DNA of 13,499 nt from Anthoceros angustus (Eukaryota; Plantae; Anthocerotophyta), in NCBI GenBank assembly GCA_010909165.1, contig VJWM01000416.1:1-13499 (forward strand), written 5' to 3'. The notes under the pieces were generated by a model that saw only the letters and a list, made by a program, of their open reading frames with translations, did not search any database and was not told where the DNA came from. Shown here in pieces: positions 1 through 7,462 of this stretch (position 1 is the first letter of the stretch; each line of letters begins with the position of its first letter). The position numbers were made by a program, and so were the translations under genes.

Positions 1-72
1 AGTAGTGGTTAGGGGCTGTGGGCCCTCGGCTCGAGAATAGAGGTGTAATAAAGGCGCCGACCTTGGCGTAGT

Positions 73-110
73 ATAAGAGGGCTAAGGCCACAGATAAATC
101 ATCTTTCTCT
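73..110 (+). promoter_or_regulatory. Possible core promoter (TATA-like TATAAG followed by a pyrimidine patch)
   Basis: tataag at 73-78, then atctttctct at 101-110, followed by + strand donor-like motifs (gtgagt at 157 and 363). Motif-level evidence only. Confidence 0.25.
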
Positions 111-662
111 TGGTGTTGATCGCGTTCTTGCGGACCTTTGTGTGTCTTCTTGCTAACGTGAGTCTGAGTCCGGCGAGCACGGCAGCTCGGGGATTGATCG
201 GTCACGGCGGACCTAACGTGTTGTGGTGTGTGCGGGGAAGGGTGGGTGACCCGTGCTCGTCCGGGCAGCCCCGGGGAGCGTGTGGCCGGAGGAACTCGGG
301 AGGCGTCTGAGCCGGACGGAGGAGGCCAGCAGGGAGGTCATGTAACCAGCGTCTTTTCTAAGGTGAGTGTAGCGTGAGGGAGAGAGAAAGTGGATGTGTG
401 AGTGGCGGATGTGAGCGATCTGAGAGACAGGTCCTAAGCGTTTAGCCATCACAAGACTGTCACGGTGAGCGTTGTGAGTAGTTAGGAGTATGTGTGTGTT
501 GAGGCGAGCAGGCGCTAAGGTAGGAATCACGAAGCGGCAGCCTATCATTCCCTTGGGAGCGGACTTCTTCCTACAACGACCTGCAGGTTATGCGCGCCTG
601 GCCACAAAGTCGCCTAGTGAGCATGTTGGCTTTTCGAAGTTTAAGGTGCTACGCTCCGGCTC

Positions 663-913
663 CGAAGGCCAAGTTTTGATCTGTCTTGTGGTCAAGGTGC
701 TGCGCTCTGCTCTATAGGCGTAGGTCGTCTTACGTTCAGGGCTTTTATGCCGTGTTTGGATGGCAGGGCCTTGTGCAGTCTGTTTCGTAGGCCAAGGTTC
801 ATTTTGCTTTAGGTTAAGACCTCCTCCAGTCGTTTTTCGAAGGCCGAGGTCTTTTCTTATTCGATGTCCTTTTGTTTGTTTTTTCTCGAATGCTCCGTCC
901 AGAAGGCCAAGGG
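663..913 (+). repeat. Dispersed degenerate repeats, consensus ~CGAAGGCCAAGG (4 copies), plus two aaggtgct(a/g)cgctc copies at 643 and 694
   Basis: cgaaggccaag 663-673, cgtaggccaagg 786-797, cgaaggccgagg 838-849, agaaggccaagg 901-912. Confidence 0.55.
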
Positions 914-2969
914 TTTGTGGTCAAAGCCATGGTGTTCTGTGTTTCAAACGTGGGGTAGTCGAGCGTCGTGGTGTTGACCCAAGGTCGAAATTAGATCGAA
1001 GGTTGTTTTGCTTCTGCGGGGCTCGGGCTTGGTCCTAGCGCGTTCTTTTGTCCTACTATAGATTTACGTCTAGTTTCTTGTCTCTACTCCTTTTGTCTTT
1101 TGGTAGGTGATCATTACATTTTGTTGACTTGACTTTGTTGTGATTTTAGCTCTCATGGTGCATTTGACCCTTCTTATGATTTCTTTAGATTACGGTTTTG
1201 GCTAACAACTTGTTAAGTGTTTGCTACTGCGCGTTGTCTTTACCTCTGGCTGTGTGTGTCTGTGGTTCACTTAACATTGTGTTGTTTCACATCGTTTTGT
1301 TTATTTGGCTCGTCACGTTCGCTGTGGATGTCTTATCCCGGTGTTGTCGTTGCTTTCTTGAAAGATAATTTGCTGTTGTTTGCAACTGGCTTTGCTGTAA
1401 GCGTGTATAAAAAGTCTGTCGAACATTTCAATAGCATTTCTTGTCCTTCATCTGAGTGCTTCTTAGCGATGCTTTGTGTATTGTGGTTGTCTACCCGTGG
1501 TTCTTAACACACTTTTTTACTGTTTGTGTTGAATGGTCTCGTGTCCTTTGTTTTGCTCTGTTCGTACCTGGAATCAGATGTTTGTAATGCTCCTAGTTTG
1601 ATAATCTGTCTGTCTATGTGTTTGTGCTTTAATCTTATATCATTGTTGTTTTCACTTCTTTTACGGATCCGCTTTACTTAAGACTTAGTTTGTTTCTATG
1701 TTGTTAACTCACGATGTAGTCGTCGAGGATATTAGCGCTGGGTGGTCAAATTATCTGCGTGTCGGGTGCAATCATGTACATGGATTGGGTTGGTGCAATC
1801 GGCATTCTATATCATGGTTTTGATTGTTGTAAGTGTTTTTGTCGACCTATAGCGATGTCGTTTTGTCGTTGAAGTCGGATGCCTAATTTTAAAGGTCTAC
1901 TCGTTTCGGTTGTTGTGTTCGATTCTAGTTGTTTTTTTTAAGAGTGGAGTTTTTCCTTTCGGTGTTTCCATCTATTTGCCGTCTAAGCGGTTAATTTGTT
2001 TTCTCGACGGTAGTGTATGTGGTATTATTCTTCGAGCACATTGTGGTGAACGTGACAAATTTTTGACCGACTTGCTAGTCCGTTTCAAGTGTAAGTTGTG
2101 TTGTACTCTGTCTGACATTTGTGTTTTTTTGTGTTGTCGTTTTGTTGTTATCAGGCTATATATGTTAGGCATTGTTTCAAACAGCCTTCTCACCTTTGTT
2201 CCCTCGTCCAGATTTGTTTTGACTGGTGTCAAGGCTGTCCATTAGTTTTCTTAAGGTGTGTTTTATTGTGACTAAGCAGGAAGTGTTTATCTTTTTTCTT
2301 GCTTATTGTGAACTTGGAGGGTGTGTTGTTTGTTTATCGTTTAAAGCAGGAAGTGTGTTGTTTATCATTTTCTAACATATTTCTTTTCGAATATTGTTGT
2401 GTTTTAAAGCGCCAACCCTAAGGTACTTATATGTCGATTGTCCTTGCTGACCAGCTAAATGTGTTTTTAGTGCAATATGCACTGATTAGTTGTTTACGAT
2501 ATGATACTATTCTTGTTTGACGCAGTCTTTGTAAGGTCAAGTTTTAAAGGCCTAGATCAATTCATTTGTCATGCAGGAAGAGGTTATTTATACATTTTCT
2601 GTTTCTTTTTAGCTTCAGTTCTTGTTTAGTGTACTTTTGTACTTTTTTGCCTTCATTTCTTTCTCACTTGCCGGGAGGCCTTTCTTTTCGTGAAGCTTGT
2701 GGTTTGTTAAGAATGGAAGTATTCTTTCTAACATGAAGCGGGAGGAATGTAAAAATGAAACAATGCATGGGGTCAAGTGTTTTTGTCCCATTTCCCCACA
2801 CCCTTTGCTTTTCTTAGTTTGATTTATAATCAAGGTAGACATTCAGTGAGTTACCATTTGGAAGTGGCAAACATCATGTGAGTATTAAGTGTTTGTGGCC
2901 CATTGATCCTCCACGTTTACCTTCATTTTGTTTCTCTTTTCGGATCACTCTAATCTTTATGTTGCATGG

Positions 2970-5900
2970 ATGGCTCCTAAAAGAAAACCCACTCTTGGGC
3001 GGGAAAAAACAGGATCTCGGCTGAAGTTATGGCCAAGCCATATACAAGCAGTGTCAAATCCAGCGGTTCCATCGCAACTCATCCTGCGGGATGATGGCAA
3101 AGTTGATGGTGTCTTGGTGCACGTGAAGGAACTTACTTAGTTCCCAAAAGACTTGCCCAAACCGCCAAGGCGATTTTCATCAAGAAGGGCGCTCGGCGTG
3201 CGGTGAGTTTGTTCGAGAGAGGAGAAGAGTGGACACTCGACTGTTTGGTTGAAGGTCCTCTTGCGAGATTACTAACTATGTCCCGATTAATCGAGAGAGG
3301 GTCCGGTTGTGGGGAGAATGATTTCTTGATATAGCGATCCCATGGTTGTGAGAGTCTTTGCATGTCTGAGTCTAGAGATTTGTGCTGTTGAGCAGAATGC
3401 TTCTGGTGGCGATTTTTATGCTGTTGTGGTTCACGACCAGTCATTCGATCAAGAAGTGCTTGATATGTTTGAGAGGCTAAAGTGTGATGATCCGAAGATG
3501 ACTTTGCCATGGGTATGGAGGAAATTGATGATGAAGCAATTTTGAGCGATTTGACCCAATAGTCGGAGGGTGTGAATGATGCTTTAGTGGTGGGAGGATA
3601 GGTCCAAGCGGCGGAATAAGCGGTGTCAAGTCGTCTGGGGCCTTTATGAAAGTGAGTGGGGGGATGGGATACTCTGTTGAGGATATCCTCACAAGGATCT
3701 AAATCTTATTCGATATCCTTTTTCCATCAAGTTCGAATCGAAGGACAAGATTTTCTCCGAAGCGTAAGTAGTGATGTTTTACTTGTTGATTTTGATAGTT
3801 GACTCTTTCACAGATTTTGATCTTTCTGTCGGTTGATGTCTTTCTTTCGTGGTTTTAACCGAATTTTAACAAGGAAGTGCATCTTGAACCAAAGCTTGGT
3901 TACGATGTTCGATGATCAACATGTTTCATGGAATTTTCCATGGGTCCCGAGCGTTGGTTTCCATGAAAATCGGCAAGGACCTTGGGATTGTGTCATGTCG
4001 AAAAGAGGTGAAGTTGATTTCTGATGATGAGCGTGATTCTTTCACGAGATCATCAATGCTCATTTGGGCGGGGCTCAAAAAGGTAATATTGTTGGTTTAG
4101 GGGTGCACTTTGATTGTTCATTTATGGTTTTAAACACAGGCCTTATGCCTATTGTTTGCGGTGTGCATATTTTTGCATGACCAGTTTGGAGTTCGAGGTG
4201 GTGAAGAGTTACATAACACGCTCATCGAGGACTTCTCGTTCTCGGTGATTCGAGGACCTTTTGTTCGTATGTTTTGGTTGTTTTGTTCATTGTATCTTTG
4301 TTTTGATCTTTGTATTAAGCTCGCTTTTATTTGCGGTATCAAGAGCGGCTTTAAAAATTACAAAGTGGACATGAAGAATTACGTGAGCATTTTAGAAAAG
4401 GTCAAGATCTGAGCGGATGTTATCGAAACTTTTAGAGTCATTGTGAACACTCTCCCAAGTGGTCCAGCGACAAAAATCTGTCAATTCGGGGGTTTTTCAA
4501 TTCAACAATTGATAACCCAAGATCAAATGTAAGTTTGTTGTTATTTGGGCTTAAGTTTTGTGGTTTATTTACTAAGCTTGTTTTTGGCTAGGCTTGGTAT
4601 GCAAAACTCCGTGTTTCAAAAGGAATGTTGTCAAGGTTCATGAAGACCATGGGTGAGCGGTGGGCTTGGCTATTACACCAATAAGTGCCGTGTAACAATG
4701 ATTACACGTTTGACGATGGCTCGGTGCCTTGATCTTGGGAGAAGTGGTAGCCATAAAGCGGATCTTTGGATTCTCAAGGTAATATGTTTTGAAAGCTTGT
4801 GACATTTGAGTCCTTTGTATGTTCCTTCTGTTGTTCGATATGGTTTGCGGATATGGCCGTGCGGTCAAGCAAAGCAAGACAGAGAGTCCTTGTTCACGTG
4901 AGCGGCGATCCTATCGAGCTTTTGAACAAGAACTGAATCGGATGCGGGATGATTTAAGGGTGTTCTTCCGTCAAGCTCCTCAATGTGACTCACGAAATTG
5001 TATTTTCTAGTCACCTGAAGATCGGCACTTTGCGAGTGCAACAGTTAACAATGTAAGTGTTTGAGATTTGTTGCAAGTTTGTAGGGACTTGTTTGAAAAT
5101 CTGTCGACTTGTTTTTGTGTGTCTTAGTCTCCACTCATTGTTCATCATGAAAGACCTTTGAACAATGTCGAAGAGTTTTCCCATGTGGTCCACTTTGTCT
5201 GAAGTTCGGTTGGTATTGTCGAGTTCCTTGGTTGCGCCATGTTGGATGATCTGTTTTAATCATCTTGGTCTCTTGTTATTGGCGGTGGGAGGCCTTGGTG
5301 TTTTGGTTGCAAACATACCTCCAGCGTGGCCAAGGCATCCGGATGGATAATGAGACCAACTGGGTGTTCTAGTGAAATTCCATATGTTGACAAGGTTGAT
5401 TCTTTATGTTTGTTTGTTTTCACTTCTTTTGGAGTTTCACGATTATGTTTATCTTGGCGGTTGTGAATCCTGCGACTAGTGGAGCGACCTTCATCTCATT
5501 TCAACATTGATCTGACTCACGAAGTGGATGCGGTGGTCCCTCTGTTGGAGGGCATTGTGCATAGTGAGTGTGATCAGTCATCTGAAGTTAACCAGATGAA
5601 ATGTGTGGTAGCACCTCTGGATATTGTATTCGACTGTGTTGCAAATGGAAATGGAAGTGGCTTTGAGCGGTGACTTCGAGATCTGAGTCTGGAATTGGAG
5701 TATGATGAGCGAAGCAGTGGAGTTTCAGCAAAAGGATTTGGAGGCTCTTATAGAGGCAGGCGTAGCAGTTGAATTACGAGTCTCTAAGCAAAGAGAAAGC
5801 CCTTGAGATTGAGGCGGAGAAATGTGGAGAGAGACAAGAGCACATTAAGCATCAGAAAGCGGAGATGGAGCGGCAAGAGGTTCAAGGCTGCGTGGAAAAG

Positions 5901-6274
5901 AAAACGAGGCGAGAAGAATGTGCCTCGAGATATTTGCAGCTATTCTGCGAAAATCCGTCGAGGATTGGTAAGTTTTCTTATGCTCTTTATTAATGTACAT
6001 TGAAAATCAATGGTTGTATTTTATTAGGTTGTCACCTTGCGAAGCCGGACAATTTCGTCCAAGTCCTCGGCTTCATCAATTGGTTGCCAAGATGATGATC
6101 TTTGTACAAGTGCCAATCAAGCCAAGTGGTCGTGAAAATTACGTTTTCAATCTGTATAATTATGATCAATTTCCCTAAATAAGGTGAGTATCATTTCTTA
6201 AGTATTTGCTATGATTATTTCCGGTGTTTTCTAGTATCGCCTAATCACGGTTTTGTGTTTCGTTTTGTTTGTAG
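2970..6274 (+). mobile_element. Crypton-like (tyrosine-recombinase, non-RT) DNA transposon relic; true termini not resolved and may extend upstream towards position 1 and downstream to ~6900
   Basis: Single multi-exon + strand coding unit from ATG 2970 (MAPKRK...) to TAA 6180-6182, with a further intron at 6184-6274. The central exons carry tyrosine-recombinase catalytic motifs. There are several in-frame stops and frameshifts, and no RT, RNase H or DDE motifs were recognised. An intron-containing YR gene without RT is the established definition of Cryptons. Confidence 0.7.
3719..4860 (+). pseudogene. Spliced tyrosine recombinase core, Crypton/DUF3504-like (disrupted in this sequence)
   Basis: Motifs read after removing introns 3764-3813, 4083-4139, 4267-4319, 4529-4591 and 4779-4850 and allowing small frameshifts: FFHQVRIEG (3719-); LMSFFRGFNRIL (3833-); MKIGKDLGIVSCRKEVKLISDDER; PYAYCLRCAYFCMTS/FGVRGGEEL (box I Arg, CGA 4194-4196); FYLRYQERL/KNYK (catalytic-Lys region, ~4328-4365); ADVIETFRVIVNTLP; AWYAKLRVSKGMLSRFMKTMGER (4592-4660); YYTNKCRVTMITRL (4671-4712, Arg 4689-4691); SHK (His 4752-4754); YGR (Tyr 4852-4854). 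Order and spacing fit the R-K-H/KxxR-H-Y tyrosine-recombinase signature and the FGLRGxEE...TNHSLRATxxTRL...GHRS..Y pattern of DUF3504/Crypton proteins. Confidence 0.8.
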
Positions 6275-6546
6275 GTTCCATTGTTGTTGAAGTAGAGTTC
6301 AATCTAGCGAGTTCAATCTATTGGTATTTACTCTTCATTAGTTGAATTTGTATTTCATGCCATTACGGATATCAGAAACTACGCAAAGAAAAGGTTTCTT
6401 TGTTGGTTTTGTATATCCACGGATCCATGAATATTATTTAACAAAATGTTTTTGTTAGCGATTTTGGTGGGATTTCTAGAATGAGCTTCTAGACCATGGT
6501 ATTCACTTGGTCGTCATGTTTTCTACTCTAGTGCTCTATTTTCTAC

Positions 6547-6610
6547 CTTGATGGTAGATGATTTTACCCACTTGTATGGTTCAGGTTTTTTCTTGATGGT
6601 AGATGATTTT
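6547..6610. repeat. Two perfect 19-bp direct repeats (cttgatggtagatgatttt), period 45 bp
   Basis: Copies at 6547-6565 and 6592-6610, within a stretch with related ttttctac motifs. Confidence 0.85.
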
Positions 6611-6747
6611 CTACTACTATATTGTGAATTTTGTCTGGGTAAAATAATGACCAAAAGGTCAATTCTCTCTCTAAAATTCACCTACAATACCCGAAAAAAT
6701 CAAGGGCGTCGAGGCCCAGGGCAGGCAGCGACTTTCACGATCCGCAA

Positions 6748-6898
6748 GACATGTCCTTGTATGCGACCCCATGAAAATGGTATTTGGTCAGAGACCAAAT
6801 ATGCAACCCCATCTAAGCTGATCCATCTACATTGCATCCATTGCATATTTGGTCTCTGACCAAATACCATTTTCATGGGGTCGTACAAAGGACATGTC
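6748..6898. repeat. Near-perfect long inverted repeat (foldback or MITE-like element, ~59-bp arms, 34-bp spacer)
   Basis: Left arm 6748-6806 (gacatgtccttgtatgcgaccccatgaaaatggtatttggtcagagaccaaatatgcaa) is the reverse complement of right arm 6841-6898 (ttgcatatttggtctctgaccaaataccattttcatggggtcgtacaaaggacatgtc), apart from a few mismatches or indels near the outer end. Confidence 0.92.
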
Positions 6899-7278
6899 GT
6901 GCTGTGACAACGTAGCTGCTCATCCATGCTCAGGATGCTTAATCACGGCATTCTTATAAATGTGTGTCCATTTGGCCTAAGCCATTTGGACAGATGCTTA
7001 GATGCTTCCTAAATTAGGTTCTAAGCAATGGTATGAAATAAATCAACACCTAACAAGATCACCTAATGAGCTTAAACGCTTTATAAACTAGGTGAGTGGT
7101 TGGGAATCGACGAACACGATTAGAAGAACGAATAGCCTTAGTTCGAAGGCTACGGCAATATGTAGATGAAAGATAAAAAGGAGGCCGCGATATAACCAAC
7201 CCTAAGTAAGGTGAGAAGAACAAAGGAAGGTTCGAGCCGCTTGGCGATCGCCTCCAATTCTTCGCTCACGGTCTGTCT

Positions 7279-7306
7279 GCACAGCACAGCACAGCAGTGC
7301 ACTGCA
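7279..7306. repeat. Short (GCACA)n microsatellite-like tract upstream of the R3H gene
   Basis: gcacagcacagcacagcagtgcactgca at 7279-7306. Confidence 0.6.
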
Positions 7307-7462
7307 CCCTCACGGTAGCGGTGGCGATGGCGCCGTTGCCGCGACCATCTTCACGCTCGGCTGCTCGCAGCGCGGCGGGGGCTCACGGACTCGGACTGGC
7401 GTGCTCTGCCTACGGCACGGGCCGGCGCCAGTGAGTCGGGCTCCGGCTGGGGTTTGCTGCGG

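Noticed and set aside
1217-2245. Hydrophobic + strand ORFs (1217-1507, 1910-2245) that look like membrane proteins
   Set aside because: The F/L/V/C richness is a by-product of T-rich sequence, they start at non-ATG codons, and they show no conserved motif.
3133-3692. Minus-strand ORFs 3133-3510 and 3477-3692 (also 5011-5193)
   Set aside because: They lie antisense to the element gene, whose splice signals and motifs are all on the + strand. No family features were recognised.
1-6274. DIRS/Ngaro or LTR retrotransposon interpretation
   Set aside because: No RT (YxDD), RNase H, gag zinc knuckle, protease or integrase motif was recognised, and no LTR pair or split repeats are visible. The YR gene is intron-rich, which fits a DNA-type Crypton.
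6547-6610. CRISPR-like repeat-spacer-repeat
   Set aside because: Only two 19-bp copies, no cas genes, and a eukaryotic intron-containing context.
6995-7027. Small hairpin tgcttaga...tctaagca enclosing cctaaattagg
   Set aside because: The 8-bp arms are too short to distinguish from chance in AT-rich intergenic DNA.
7323-7350. GGCGATGG resembling the start of a fluoride (crcB) riboswitch
   Set aside because: The rest of the motif is absent. It lies upstream of the R3H gene rather than FEX, in GC-rich sequence where the 8-mer is expected by chance.
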